Of a stretch of 64,000 nt of DNA, positions 1-14,003 are shown piece by piece. Location: assembly GCA_965644315.1 (NCBI GenBank), contig CBFFRQ010000096.1, positions 310,001 through 374,000 on the forward strand. The letters are read 5' to 3'. The notes below the pieces were generated by a model. It was not told where the DNA came from and searched no databases. It saw only the letters and a list, made by a program, of their open reading frames with translations. Position numbers and translations under genes: made by a program. The DNA comes from Caecitellus pseudoparvulus. Its lineage: Eukaryota > Protista > Bigyra: Bicosoecida. Each line of letters opens with the position of its first letter. Position 1 is the first letter of the stretch.

Positions 1-3000
1 AGCTTCAGCTGCAGGGTGGTGGCTGCTTCGCCCCCCGAGGCTCGCGCAGCCGTCGCGGCAGCCTTGTGGCGCTCCACCTCCCCCTCTGCGTCGGCGGTGC
101 TCTGGCGCGCCTGGGCCAGGGCTGAGGTCAGGGATGTCGTGCGTGCCTCCGCCACCTCCGCCGCTTCCGTCGCCGCGGCAGCCTCCACCCTCGCGCGCCG
201 CAGGTCTGCCGTGGCGCTCTCCAGACGCCCCTCGGCGTCCTCCGTCGCCGCCTGCGCAGCCTTCAGCCGACTGGCCAGGCGCTGCACCTCATCCGCCGCA
301 GTCTCTGCTTCCGCCTTCACCTGGCGCAGCTCGGCCCGGGTCGCCGCAGCGCTCTCCTCAGCCGCGGCTCGCGCGGCGGACACCTGGGACAGCTCCGCCT
401 GCACACTGTGCAGCTCACTCCGCACCGCCTCCAGCTCAGAACGGGGCACGGAAGCGGCTGCAGCCTCGGCAGCCTCCTGCTGCGCCTGGGCCAAGGCCTG
501 GCGTGATTCGGCCGCCTGCTGCGCGGCAGCCTCAGCCGCCTCCGCCGCTGATCGTGCGCCGGCAGCGGCCACCTCCGCCCTCGCGTGCTGCGTCGCAGCC
601 TCCTCACGTGCCTCCTCCAGCTCAGCTTCCAGGGCCGCAGCGCGTGCCGCGGCAGCCTCCGCCTCCGCCGCTGCCTCGTCCCTCGCCACCACCAGCTTGC
701 CGATCTCCCCGCGCAAGGCGGCGGTGCTGGTGGCTGCATCCGCTGCCGCCATGTCCAACTCAGAGCTGGAGGCGCTGCGGGCAGCGTCAGAGGCCGCCAT
801 GCGACTGCGCAGGGCCTCCACCTCCTCCGCCAGGGCCTGCTCGCGCTGCGTCACTTCCGCCAGCACTGCCAGGACATCCGCCTCATCGCCCACAGTGCCG
901 TCTGGGAGCGTGATGCGGGCCTTGGGTCCCTCCCCAGTGCCCCCTGCTCTGCCCACCAACGCGTCCGCAGCAGCTTGCACCTCTGCTGCAGCTGGCGCGA
1001 CCTGGGACAGGTCGCCGTCGGCTTCTGCGACCTGCAGGGCTCGCTGCAGCTGCTGCTGTGCCGCACTCATGCGCTGGGAGCTGCCCTGCTCCGTGGAGCC
1101 GTCACTCGGCGCATCCAGGGCGAAGGCAGAGCCCTCCAAGTCGATGGGGCGCTGTGCCGGCTTGCCAGTGGCATCGGGCGAGTGCAGGGTGACGGAGCCG
1201 CCAGTGTGGAGGGGCGTGGAGGCGCCAGTGCTGCTGGCACTGCCGCGCGGCCGGCGGGGGGACACCGCCGCCACCTGCACTGCCAGGCGGCTGTTGTCTG
1301 CTCTGAGGGCGGAGGCAGCCGCCGTCGCCTCTGCTGCCGCCTCCTGTGCCGTCCCCAGCTCCACCTGTGTCTCTGCCAGCTCCCGGCGCACAGCGGCGAG
1401 GAGGCTGGAGAGCTCCCGCTCCCGCTCCGCCGAAGCCAGCATGCGCTCACGGAGGGAGGCGGCCTCCTTGCCTGCCTGCGCTGCGTCAGTGGCGGCCTCT
1501 TGCCGGGCCCGGGCGGCGGCGTCACGCTCAGCCGCCAGCGCATCCCGCTCACGAGCCAGGGAGGCCACTTCGTCCTGCAGGCTGCTGACCTTGTGGTGGG
1601 CGCGGGAGAGGTCGGCGGCGCCTTGTCGCCGCTCCTCGTGCGCAGCTGCCGCGCGCTCCTCTGCAGCGCGCACAGCAGCATCGCTGCGCTGTCGGACGGC
1701 AGCCAGCTCCGCCTGTGCTGCGGCCAGCTTGGCAGCAGCACCCTCGTCGTCCTTGGCCGCCGCCAGCTGGCCACGCAGCTGTGCCAGCTCTGCCTGAGCC
1801 TTGGACAGCTCCTCGCCGGCCTGGTTCTGCGCTGCCAGTGAAGCTTGGGCCTTGGCGGTGTCGAGCTTCGCCAGCCACGCTGCGTCGCTGCGCTGCAGGC
1901 GGCCCTCCAGCTCCATGACACGCGCCTCCCACTTTGACACTGCTGCCTCTGAGGCAGTGGAAGCTGATGCTGCAGCCTGCGTGGCTCGATCCTCAGCCCG
2001 CGCTCGCTCACGCTCTGTGGCCGCCAGCCGTTCCTCCAAACGCGCCGCTGCCACGCGCAAGTGCACTGCCTCAACCTCCGCCACCCGCGCACGCTCATTG
2101 GCAGCGGCCAGGGCGCTTTCGGAGCTTGCTGCTGCCTCCTGCGCGCTCTCCATTCGGCGCTGGGTGGCTTGCCTCTCTGCAGCCAGGCGCCTTTCGGCTT
2201 CACGAGCAGAGTCAGCCGAGGCAGCTTGGCCCGCCTTGGCGCTGGCCAGCTGACGCTGCAGCTCGGCAATGCGAGCGTCAGCAGCGGCTTCACTGGAGGG
2301 CTCGTATGCAGACTCAACAGGTGGTGGCACGGGTGGTGCGGCTGCTGCAGCGTGGTGGCTCTGCGTGGCAAATGCGCGGTGGCCTCGCTCTGCAGCAGCT
2401 GTGGGCGGTGAGAGGGTGCGTGGACTGGAGGGCGCCGACACCGGGAAAACGACATGTGGAGAGGATGCAGGTGATGAAGGCGTGCTGCCAGGCAAGGTAG
2501 CATGCAGGGCCGCCTCTGGACTCGCCGCGGCCTGCCGCTTCTCACTGTGACTCCGCTGTTTGCGGCGCTCTCGCCTTCGTGCGTGGCGCTCCGACTTGCC
2601 CTTGGCCTGCCGCCGCAGCTTGCGGGCTGCTTCGCCAGCATGCTCCAGACGTGCCTTGACTTGTGCCGCCAGCACTGCCAACTCAGCCGCCGCAGCGGAG
2701 TGGGAGGGGGGCGCGTCTTCGTCTGCCTGCGAGGCCAGCAACGCAGCTGCTCGAGGAGCAGACACAGGGCTCATGCGCACGCCCGCTGTACCGGAGTCCA
2801 CCTTGCGCTCTGAGAAGGGTCCCTGTCTTCTCCTGGGTGGCGTGCTGTTCACGAGGTCCTCCATGCGCGACGTGCGCAGGCCATCAAGGGCCCGCTGGAG
2901 GGACGCAGCAGCTCGCCCAACGTTTCGCTTCTGAAACGCAATGTACTCTGTCGACGCTGCCCTGCGCGCGTTCATGTCTGCGGAAGGGGGAACATGACAA

Positions 3001-3420
3001 CCGCAAGTACAGCGCGCTTGCCTTCTCCCAGGTAGCGAGGGCTCACTCACTGGCCACTGCCTGGCTTACAGGCCCGCCAGCATGGCTGCTTCGGCCAGGT
3101 GAAGCGGAGGCCAGCGTCCGCCTCACCGCCGCTTCCTGCAGCTGTCGGTCGACGGCTTCGCTGTGCGAGCCGCGCAGTGCAGAGCCCTGTGTGAGTGGGC
3201 TGTCTTTGCTGTATGTTGGTGCAGGTGGGCCCCCTGCGCCGCGACGCAGGGCAGGGGGAGAGGCAGCGGCCTGAGGTCGCACGCGAGCCGCGGCGTAAAA
3301 GCCATACGGCACAGGCGCTGCCCCACCACCCCCATCCGAGCTGTCACCACCGTCGCCGTGCAGGAGGTCAGAAACATCCACGGGGGAGCCCCCGGCCGCC
3401 CCGAAGCTGCTGTCGTCCAT
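1..3420 (-). CDS. Long Ala/Glu/Arg-rich coiled-coil protein, 3' end truncated by the window
   Basis: ATG at 3420 (MDDSSFG...). GTGAGT donor at 3050 and CCGCAG acceptor at 2978 join in frame (..VA-N-MNARRAASTEY..). The minus frame then reads as heptad-like A/E/L/R sequence towards base 1. The + strand Ala/Ser ORFs 16..1797 and 1801..2253 are its antisense shadow. Confidence 0.7.
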
Positions 3421-3910
3421 GCTGCGTGTGCCAGCGCCGGCAGTCTGCAGCGCACCCGTTAGCGCTGGGTGTGAGCTGGCGTCTGGAGTGATGCGCCAAG
3501 CAGGCGACAGGCTCAGAGCTCACTGCGAGGACAGCGGCGCAGCGCAGAGTGCAAGTGGGTGTCCAGCTTGCTCGCTGCTCTCAGGTTTGGCTGGGATTTG
3601 CTCCAAATAGCAACATGTCTCCGAGAGAAATTGGAAATAATGGCTGCGAAATTTTGGCAGGTACCGGGTCTTCCCTCCCAACTCGCTCAAGTGACGACAA
3701 GAGGCGACTGTAGTTGTTGCCCGGATCAAAACCATCAGACAGACAGAAATGTTCGAACCCCCAACGAGACTCTGTGATTTGGACCGTGATTGACTTGCGA
3801 CCAGCTCGGCACCTGCCGCTGAAAAACCTGCGTTGCATTCTTTCTGCATCCAGGCCAAACACACGCGCTGCAAAGCGTAGCGCCTTCATACCGCTGCCAA
3901 GCACACAAGC

Positions 3911-5104
3911 ATGGCAGACGAAAGATCTCCGACGGGATCTGCTCATGGTACGTGCTTGTCCCTCGCCATCGCGCCAGGGTGGGCCTCTCCGACGCGGATG
4001 CTTGTTGCCGGGCCTGGGCGTGGTCGATTTCCGCTTGGCGAGCACGTGTTCGCTCCCTCCTACGCTTTGCAGAGGGCTCCCCTGAGCCAGGGGCAGGATC
4101 TGAGGACAACCCAGGTGAGTTCTTCCCACATTCCGCCCATTTTCACCCCCTTGCAGCTCATGAACGCCGTTGCTCGTTTCCGCCCCTCTGGCGCAGAGGT
4201 TCGCTACGAGGAAGGAAAGGGTCTGCAGGCGTACCTGGATCTCATCACAGCACAGCTGCGGCACTTGCCTCGCGCACCAGCGCCACCAGCAGGCGCGCCA
4301 GAGTTCACCTCCAGTGACTGTACGTGAGCCATGGGCACCTGCGCGCCCAGGCGTTTCACCTTTTACACCCCCCTGCCGCCACTCACAGGGTTTTATCACT
4401 TGTCTTGGCAGCAGCCAGAGCTGACAGGCGGCCTGGCGCTGGCCACTTTCACGGCCTTGTTCGCCGTGGGCGTGCAGGAGGTGTCTTGGCTGCAGCTGGT
4501 GCTGTACGCTCTGGCTGGCGTGGTGGCCTTTGGCGGCCTCCTGTCCATCGCCAACGCCTTAGTGGCGGAGCACCAGCAGCTGGGCCGCCCCGCCGTGCAC
4601 GTGGAGAGCGCAGTGGTGCACTTCACCCAGGAGCTGGCCAAGCACCTCATCGCCTGGCTGAACCTTGTGTCAGCCGCGGCGGAGTGGCGTGAGCCACTGG
4701 CGGCGGCCGCCACACTGTCTGGGCTGTGGACCATGGCCCGCTGGCTGCCGTGGGTGACGGAGGGCACCCTCACCTGTGCTGCCTTGCTGGCGTTCTCCCT
4801 GCCCGCCGCGTACATGGTGTACTACGACCAGGTGCACCACGTCTGGGGCTCCAGCGTTCTGCCCCAGGCCAAGGCGGCCAAGGACCAGGCCATGGCGCTG
4901 CTGAAGGCGGTGCGGGAAGCGGCGGCCCCAGACAGCCCCAAGCGCACCTTCGTCTACGCGGGCATCGTCGCACTGGTGCTGCTGGTGGGGTATGTGGAGC
5001 TGCTGTACTTGGAGCCGTGGACCCTCGTGGATACCCTGGCACTGACGTCCCTGGCAGTGTACGGCCTCCTCTCTGGCGCCAGCCACAAGGCCAAGGCGGC
5101 CTGA
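3911..5104 (+). CDS. Reticulon-domain ER membrane protein (spliced, about 3 introns)
   Basis: W-QQP-x-TG start of the domain, two long hydrophobic hairpins, second W-REP motif and LAFSLPAAYMVYYDQV ending, as in the reticulon homology domain. GTACGT/GTGAGT donors and CAG acceptors in 3948-4388. Confidence 0.7.
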
Positions 5105-5159
5105 CGTGTCGCCGCGGAAATGCACGCACCGCCATGCGCAGGCCATGCGACCGGTCGCC

Positions 5160-8100
5160 CTATGCGACATGCACAGGCGCCGCGCCCCTCGCCACTGCGC
5201 CCCTCCGGCCGCCCGTCGCACTCAGCCGCAAGGACGCATCTTTCGCCTGCCCCAGCGCCAGCAGCAGCAGTGGCTCTGTCTTGTGGGGGTCCAGCTTTGG
5301 GTGGGCTTCGATGGCTTCCTTCAGCGCCTGCTTGCGGCTGGAGTTTACAAGCGCTGACACGGCATGTCCCGCAGCTGTGAACAGGCGCAAGAGCCGGGTG
5401 GCACGGTAGAATAACACGACAAAGGCCGGATCGTGCGTGGCAAGGGGGTCACGGTGCTGCCCCTGCGCTGCGGGTTGTCCCGGCTGCTGCTCAGGTGGCC
5501 CCTGAGCCACCTCCGCCTCCACTGCGTCGGCCTGTAGCGTGTGCCGAGCCGCCCAAATGCGCATGACCAGGACACTCTGCCGGGTGAAGTCTGCGACCGT
5601 GTCCACGAGGCCTCGGAGGTACCGCCGCACGACACTGGCGCGCATGGAGCTGATTTGCAGGCTGAGGGAGTGACGGGCGGGGCGCAGGCCCTGCGCCACT
5701 TGTGCCTCCACCACGGACTCCATCTGCAGCAGCAGCGCGATGCCGGCATGCTGCAGCACCTGCAGCAACTCCCAGTCAATGCGGTCTCGACCGGGGACAT
5801 CTGGGGGCCCCCCATGCGCCACCCCCTCTCCCTGCACCAGGATGCGCCCGGGAGGCGGCAGGTCGGCAAGCTGGGCAGCGAGGGCCTCCAGCTCAGCTGC
5901 GTCAGCCATCACGCTGGCGGTGGCATCTGTGTCCTTCACAAAAGCTTCAATTCCACCTTCCCAGTTCCCGCTGGCGTTCATGGCTTGGAAGGAGGAGGTC
6001 GCGGTGGCTGGGGGGGGTGCGGCGGAGGTCGAACCGCGCCGCCTGCGGGGCAGCGGAGTCCCGTCCACCCCCGCGTCGGAGTCCCCCGCACCCCCACCTT
6101 CCTCCCCACGCAAGAGCTCCGCGTCGCCGTCCAGGACGTCATCGTGGGTCCCCAGCACTTGGTTCTGGTGTGCGAGGCTGGCTGTCGTCGTGGCCGCCGC
6201 CTCAGCCTCGACGTCGCCCACAGCAGCTTGCTCCGCTGCGTGCAGCGGCTTGCCAAGGTAGCCGACGCCCCGCTTCAGCCCCACAGCGCCTGCGTCGTGA
6301 GACCTGCGCAGTCCATGAGGCAGGCGGAGGGGCGTGGACAGCCCCTGCATGGGGCTGCCTTGGCGGGGCGAGCTCTGGCCGTCGTCCGACCCCGACTCGG
6401 ACTCGCTGGTGGAGCAGGGCACGACGTGCAAGACGGGACCTGACGAGTCCGACACGTTGCCAGAGCGCAGGGGCGTGCGGACGGGCTCCTCTTCGCTGGA
6501 GCTCTCCCCGACTAGAGGCTTGCTCGCGGTGTCAGGCTCCTCCTCGCTGGAGCTCTCGGGGGGGGATAGGGGTCCACGTTGATGCCGCCGCGGCGGCGTC
6601 TGGGGCGCCTCGCGTCGCTTCTTGGGGCTGCGCCGCCGGGGCATGTCGTGCCACATGCTGTCCTCCGGCACACGCCCCCCATCCGAGCTGTCGCTGTCCG
6701 TGAGCGCTGTGGCGTACCGCGTCTCAGTGAGGGCCAGGTACCGCGCGCGTGCCTGCGCGAGCACCAAGTCGGACGTGTACGGCACAGCAGTGGTGCCGCT
6801 GGGCAGGACCCCTGCTGCAGGGTGCACCACAGTTCCCGGCGCCAGCCCCAGCGCATCCGCCAGAACGGCGTCACCCTCTGCCCAGTCCTCGCTGAGGCCG
6901 GGAGGAGCGTGCAGCCCCATGCGGTCAGCTGCGCGCATGCCGCGCATGAGCGCTTCCTGCCCCACCCGGGCCTGTGCCAGTGCAGTCAAGTGCTTGGACC
7001 CCAAGCCGCTGTGTCGCAGTGCCGCTGGGAAACGGCGAGGAGAGGCGCCCCACATGCCGCTGCCTCGGGGGGTGGCGCCGCCCAGCACTCCGTATGTGGT
7101 CATGAGGCTCTTGGGCGCCTGGGGATGCCGTGGGTCTAGCACGCTCAGCCCCGTGCGGTTGCGCTGCATGCGCCTGAGGCTGTGAGAGGCATGGCGAGCC
7201 AACACCTTGGACGTCCCGGGCGAGGCAGCCCCACGGGAAGGCGGTGACCGCAACGGCGAGTGTCGCAGGGCAAAGTGCCCCGGCGACGACAGGCCGGTCC
7301 AGGGGGATGCGGCCCCGCCCTCATCGCTGTCGGAAGAGGACCCCATGCCAAAGGCAGAGCCCCAGTCGCCGAGGCCTGGCAGCGGCGTGTCCCAGTGGGC
7401 ACTGCGGTGGGCCGACGTCGCTTCCACCTCCCCCTGCGCACGTTGCATGGCCTCCTTCAAGTACGCCTGGACGTCGGACAAGTACTTTCCGCGGGGGCGG
7501 ATGAGGCCCGCAGGCATGCCTGCGGGAATGCTGCTGGTGTAGGGCGTCACAGTCTTGTGCTTGGACCGGCGGGGGGCGAAGCCCGACTCTGCAGTTGGCG
7601 CCCCCGTCCCAACGAGGGCCTGGGAAGGCCGCAGGAAGCGCTTGTGCGCAGCGGAGCTGCTGGCGAGGGTGCTCAGCCCCCCTCCTTCATCGCTGCTCTC
7701 GCTGCCAGAGGGGCGGTCTTCGTCCTGTGAAGAGTGCTCCGAGTCGGACTCGGCGTGGGGCAGGCGCCCACCCCGGTACTTGTCGTGCTTGGCCTGCCTG
7801 GCCCGCTCAGCGCGGCGCCTGGATCGGGCCAGGCGCCGGTCAAAGGCTCGCTCCTCGGCTGCGCTGTGCACCACCCGACTGGCCCGCACGGCAAGGTCGT
7901 GCTGGTGCTGTCCGTGGCGTGGTGAGGTCCCAAACCCCTCCAGCCTCTCCATGGCCAGCTCGTCTTCCAGGCTCGCGGGCCTGGCTGAGCCGTAGTAGGA
8001 GCCGGATCGGGCCGAGTGGCGGAGGCCTTTGGCAACTGCCTTCCGTGTCACGTACCGGGGCAGGCGCTGTGTGGCATCCAGGGGCACCGACCCGGTGCGG

Positions 8101-11100
8101 TGGGGTCGCTGGTACGTCGGCACATCAGCGGCAGTGCGCCGACGAACCCACCACACCCCTGCATCCCCCACCGTGTCCTGCACCCACTGCACCCGCCGCG
8201 AGGCTGTCTCCACGCCCCCCAGGTCCAGCGCTGGCACACCTGGCGCGAGCTCTTGGGGCCCTTCCCGCCGCTCCGGCTCTCGAGATGACACCCCAGGTCC
8301 ATCATGGGGTGTGGGGGCGGGGTACAGAGGCAGGCTGCCGCGAATGCGCCAGGGGGCAGGGCCCGTGTGCTGCAGCCGCACAGGCACGGGCGGCAAGTGT
8401 GCCTCCCCCTGCACGCCGTGTCCATGCACATCAGCTCCGCCATATGCACGCACCGCGTGCCGTTGGCGCGCGATGACCTGGCGTGCCAGCGAGGCGGCAC
8501 GCACGTCAGCTTGCTGGGTGGGTTGGTGGGGTGCGCGGCGATGCCGGGCTGAGCCGCCGCCCACCTCCGATCGACGGCTCCACGCGGCACTCCTGACCGT
8601 GGCCCATCCAGCTGGCAGCGGCTCGTCGTCGGACGAGTGAGCGCCCATGTCGCCCCAATTGCCCAGTGCCTCTGCCAGTGCCCGCCGCTCAGATCGGTAC
8701 ACGTCTTGCCCGCCATCGCAGAACAAGAACACCGGGCGCTGCAGTGCTTCCCCTGGCTCCAGTGCTCGGAGGCCTGAGACGGGTGCACCCGTGCTCAGCG
8801 TCGCTGCCAGAGCGCTCCTGGGCCCTACCATTTCTTGAACTGGCCTGTCAGGCGCACGTGGAAGAGACGGCGCCGTGCCCGTGTACAGCGGAGCCAGCCA
8901 GGCTCGCGTGCCAGCAGCAGCCCGCACGAGCTCTCGCCCGCCGTGTCGCACCGCCATGAGTGCTTTCAGGGCTCGGGGGGCAGCGTCCCGCCAAGGGCCG
9001 GCTTTGCTCTTCGAGGTGGCGCCCTGCCTCCCTGGCTGCAGAGCAGGCACCTGGCAGGGCGCTTCTTCACCCCCACTACTCGTGTCGCTGGCGATGCTGG
9101 CGTCGTCAGACAGGGGTGTGTGGGAGGCTGGCAGAGCGACACTGCCCCACCGAGCCGCCAGCCCCCCCCCTGCCTGATGTGAGTCCACGGGGGCGGGGGC
9201 CTCGGCGGCCGCCGACGCCGCCCTGCGCCGTACCCCTGGGCCAGTGTCTGTGGCCAGGCGCAGGCCAGCCTTCAAACGCACTTGCTCGGCAATGGCCCCA
9301 TCCAGGGCTCCCATGTTCTGGTTGTGCTGCCGCTTGGCGACGAAGGCGGCATGGGCGGCGTGGTCCTCCGCCTCGCCTTGACGCAGGGCGAAGTACTGGC
9401 GGTGCAGTGACGCGTCTTGCGCGCCGCCTGAGACGGTTCCCGTTGGGCCGAAACGCACGACTTCCCCGCCAGCATACAGCACCGTGCCGGCCCCCGCGCT
9501 GCCCACGCTGCTGTCCGCTGCCGTCGGCACGAAGCCCCGTGCCCGCGTCCGAACAATGGTCCGGCTGCCGTCCTCGGCCAGCGCCCCGTCACTGGCGCCA
9601 GGTGCAGCGGCACGCAGCAGGGCAGCTGGTGTGTACAGCCCTCGGGCCTCTGTGCCGTGCTGCAGGGGGGGGGCTGCCTGCCGCCCAGAGGGCTCGCTTG
9701 GTGCGGAGCTGCGAGCGGAGGAATCTGCCCTGGCGCGATGCAGGGGGAGGGGCGGGATGTCCAGCTCGCCGCCGCGTGACGGCGAGCTGATGGGGCTGTG
9801 CTGCACATCTTGCCAGTCTCCAGTGGGTGGGCGCGAGATGCGCAGGCGGCGGGGGTTGCGCAGGTCGATGTGGTCGCCGCGCCACTGGTCGCCCCTAGGC
9901 ACAACCAAGTCCACCACCCCCTGTTCCACCCCCTGCTGACTGGCTGCTGGCGGAAACAGGGTTTGCAGGCGCCTCGCCATGCTCTGGCCGCTGGGCGCCG
10001 TGTACAGCGCCTTCAGCCCACGACCAGCCTGCCTCGCCAGGGGGTTCAGGCCAGCGTGCCCAGTCAGCTCAGCTGCTGCAGCACCAAAGACGAAGCCTTG
10101 CAGCACGCCATGCCGCACAGCGGAGTGCGTTGACTCGCCAGGGGTGTGGTGGGGTGGTGGGCCGAGGAAGGGGGTCGGGCTGAGTGCTGGGTCAGCCATG
10201 GGCGCCCCCCCCTTGATGGCCCACTGTGCTTTGGCCAGCAAGACCGGGTCCAAAGCAAATCCCACTGCGGAGGAGGCGTCGTCGGCAGTGTTTGCGCCGT
10301 CTTGCATGGCCCCGGCAGCTTCGACGCCTCCTCCCCCCTCGCTTGGACACCGCCTCTGGGCAGTCACCTGGACCAGCGCAGGGCGAAAGAGGTCACCACG
10401 GGTGGTGATGGAGGGCGGACGCACAGCTGCCCAGTACCGTGGGCGTGGTTCCAGCAGCAGCAACCCCAGCACGTCGCGCAGCTCCACCCCCCCGCCCGGC
10501 TCCAACGCCCGCTGCCGCACCTCCGTCGCAATGCTGCCCGAACCGGCAAGGGTGACGCCCAGCAACCGCAGCAGGCTGAGCATGTGCAAGGCCACATTCA
10601 GTGCCGCGAGGCGGGCAGCGGCATGCTTGGCTTGCTGCTGCTGCAGCAATGTTGCAGTGCGAGGCAGTGCCGGCGGCATGTAGTGGCGGATGAAGCGGTA
10701 GCCAGCGGCGTACGCCTTGAGCGCGAGCAGGGGCAAGTCAGAGCCCAGGATGGTCTCCTTCACATCCCGGTCCACCAGCGCTGCAGCAGTGAGGTGCGCC
10801 AGCGCGGCGTCCTGGGCCCTCAGCGTGGAGGCGTGCCGGAGCCGGGCGAGCAAGGCGCGAGCAAGGCCCTGCCCTCCTTGCCACGCGTCCAGGTAGCTAG
10901 CGACAGGGATGCGCAGCAGGCGCAGCGCTCGGAAGTGCAGCCACGCCGCCCGCAGGTGGTGGAACAGCTGGGTGTCCTTGTTGTAGGTGAATACTGCCAC
11001 CGCAGGCAGGTCTGCGTTGAAGAACTGCAGCGCTACCTGGGCAGACACCGCCGCCCAGGCTGGAGCTAGGAAGCTGGCCGCCTCACCAGTGACCACCACA

Positions 11101-11515
11101 GCTCGGACATGGCCTGTGCAGGGTGGACTGGCCTTGCGCAAGCTGGGATGGCGCCGGGCGCAAAGGCTGCGACGCACGGAAGGGCACCTCAAGAGCTGTG
11201 CCTTGTCCCGCTGTGGCCTCGGCAGGCACGAAGAAGGCAGAGGCCTCCGTGACGATCATGTGCCCGAACAAAACTGCGCAGTATGGAGAAAGGGAAGGCG
11301 TGGGACTGGGGCTGGGCCTGGGCAGGGCCATGCGGCAATGGTTGCTCACTGGCTGCGCCTTCCTTTCGCACGACTGGCTCCGCGAAGTGCTCCGTGCCCT
11401 GGACGTCTGAGGGCAGGGCCAGCTGAATACGGCTCTCACTGGCCTGCCTGTTGCGCTGCATGCGAGCCAGGGCCTTCTGTAGGCCTGCAGGTCCCTTGCC
11501 GTGTTGCGTCGCCAT
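5160..11515 (-). CDS. Large uncharacterised, mostly low-complexity protein (about 2000 aa)
   Basis: Uninterrupted 6-kb ORF 5160..11192 with helical N- and C-terminal segments and an S/P/R-rich middle. Probable first exon starts at ATG 11515; the junction is not resolved. Confidence 0.65.
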
Positions 11516-11959
11516 GGTGAAACGGCACGAAACTCCAACCTTCGTGCACAGAAATGGAAGCCAGAGGGCACTGCCGGTGGCGGCCCCAGGTGCCGATGAC
11601 GTTGAGAGTTTCCTTCTTCAGCACCCTACTTCCTCAACGTGCGCTTAAAAGGCTATACTGACGTTGCAAATCGCGTAGGCACCGGTCAACGGTAGCTGCG
11701 ACAGGTGCTGCTCTGCATTCCGCCGCGCTCTGCACTAGGGATGGCCCCGTTGCCCAACAGATGACTACCTGTCTGTGAAGAAGAAATGCGTGCATTATTT
11801 TACCCACCCTGCTGGCATGCCAAGGGCAGCGTTTCAGTCTCGTGGGGGGGGTTTGGGCATCAGCTGCGAGCGGCTGCCTTTGGCCAGGACATGTCCGCAT
11901 TCCTACCAAGGCGGGTCTCGCTTGCTGGCAGCCACCCACGCCAAGCTCCTGCACACCCC

Positions 11960-13652
11960 TTACCCCGTGACGTCCACCGCCTCCTCCCGGGCGATCTTGG
12001 AGCTGCGCTCCAGGTCCTCCGTGGGCCCCGACGTGTCGTCGTCCTCACAGCCTCCGTCGCCAGAGACCAAGGCGGGCGCGAGGAGCATGCCACTGCTGGA
12101 GCGCTTGGTGCCCCTGTCCAGCTGTCGCAGCTGGGCCTCCTGCCCCGTCGCGAAGCCCTTGAGCATGGCTGCCATCGCGGATGCCTGTGCCGAGCTCGAC
12201 TCAGCCCCAGCAGCAGCCTGGGCTGCATGCGGCTGCCAAGTCGCAGGGCCACTGACAGGTACAGTTGCAGCCATGGCCAGCGCTGGAGTGTGGGCGGGGC
12301 GGTGTCCGGGTGCCGTGCTGCTGTCTTCGCTGCCGCTGTCGCCTGGGATGCGGAAGGCCCACTTGGCGCCGCCCCTGCGAGCCTCCAACGAGGCGCCCGA
12401 GTCCGAGCCAGTCTGAGACGCAGCGCTGCCGGTTCCTGCACCTGTGCGTCGGAAGAGGCGGCCGCCACCTTCACAGTCGGCAGCGGCAGCGGCCTCCAGG
12501 GCTGCCCAGGACGCCGGCATGGGGGCGGCCAGGACACAGGCCCCCCCTCGGGGCCCACCGCCTTGGCGGGGCTCCAGCTGCACCAGGCGCAGGGGGAAGT
12601 TGCCGGGCCGCTGGCCGGACACGTTGTGGAAGCAGATGTTGGTGGTAGCGGCGCGGACGCTGCCGTCGCCCAGTGCGAAGTGCAGCACGGTGGACGTGGA
12701 CGCGAAGAGCGGCGTGGCGCTGCGCATGCAGTGGATCCACGCCCGGAAGCAGGCTGCCAGGCCTGCCCGGACGTGGGCCTGGATGTGCCCCACCACCTCG
12801 GAACCCAGCGTGCGCTGGGCGGCAGAGCCTGCTGGGGCCATGCAGGCGGCGACGGCGGAGGCAGTGGAGGCCGTGTGCAGCCCCACCATGCAGGGGTGCA
12901 GCATGCCCCGCTGCTCCATGTGGGAGGTCAGCTCGGCAGCCGGCACCCGCAGGAAGCGGCGCATGGGCCCATTCAGGACCTGTGCAGGGCGGGGCGACCC
13001 GTGCGTCGACGCTTGCACCAGCGCGACAAGGCAGTGCAGCTGGGGCTTACATAGAGGATCGGTGCGCCAGTGTGCGGGTCAATGACCTCCGCTGCCTCGG
13101 GCAAGTGGCTGTTGGCGATGGCTGATGCGGCCTTCCAGCACGCCAACGCGCACTCCGCCAAGTTGTCCTCCATGTCCCACTTGGGAGAGGGGGCGACGAG
13201 GGACATCACTTCCCGAAGATCAGCCAGATGGGGGGGCAAGTCACGCAGCAACTCAGCGGCAGCATCCGCCACAAGCAGCCCAGGGCCTGCGGGCGGCGAG
13301 GGACAGTGCGGGGTCAGGGCACTGAGCGGAGGAAACGTGCGCCGCGGCGGCCGACAGCAGCCTCAGTGGCCAGCCCGGGGGCGCACACACCTGCAAACAT
13401 GCCTGGAATACTGGAGGCATGACAGCGAAAGTGTTCAGCAGCGCCGCGGTCCGTGACGATGGTCAGCAGGCCTGTCTTGTCCTGCTTGGGCGCTGCTTCC
13501 GCGATGGCCCGTTCCAGCGTGCGCCGCCACACGAGGGAGGTCTGCACAGTCCTGCCGCTGGGCTGATGTGACGGAATGGAGTCCCCTGATGCCCCTCCCT
13601 CCATGGAGCTGTTGCTGTTGCAGCCTGTGGGGCTGTTCCCAGCCTCTGCCAT
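11960..13652 (-). CDS. Divergent PAS/LOV-like family protein, paralogue A
   Basis: Exons from ORFs 13314..13652, 12973..13272 and 11960..13018. Intron 12980-13050 (GTAAGC..GCACAG) gives VIDPHTGAPILY|VLNGPMRRFLRVPAAEL. 3' end uncertain (possible GTAAGG donor at the stop). Confidence 0.6.
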
Positions 13653-14003
13653 GCTGATGGGTCACGCGCCCACTGGCTGCAGTCCTGCACAGACGTCTGT
13701 GTGACGGAAACGTCGTCTGGGGCGGTGGTCAATTGAGAGCGCCCTGGTGAAGGTGCTGGGGCGCTGGTTTCCTTCGGAGTCGTGGTGCAGAAGGGAGAGG
13801 AATGTGGCGCTTCCACCAAGTGCAGTGTTGCTGCGTGGAAAGGTGGCGTGTTTCGGCGGCGCTACCTTGGGCGCGGTTGCGGGCAGCTCAAACTCTTTCC
13901 GAGAGAAGGAGTGGAGCGGAAAGCACCTCATCGAGCCCTACACTTCGGCAGTGCACGCTGTGTGTATTAACCACATCCTCAAGCTACGTCAGGGTCTTGC
14001 TCT

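Noticed and set aside
16-2934. Long + strand Ala/Ser-rich ORFs (593 aa and others)
   Set aside because: Antisense shadows of the minus-strand coiled-coil gene, expected with GC-rich codon bias.
3421-3910. AT-rich GATTTG/AAATTGG-like words in divergent intergenic regions (also near 50540 and 55070)
   Set aside because: Too short and variable to define a promoter motif by eye.
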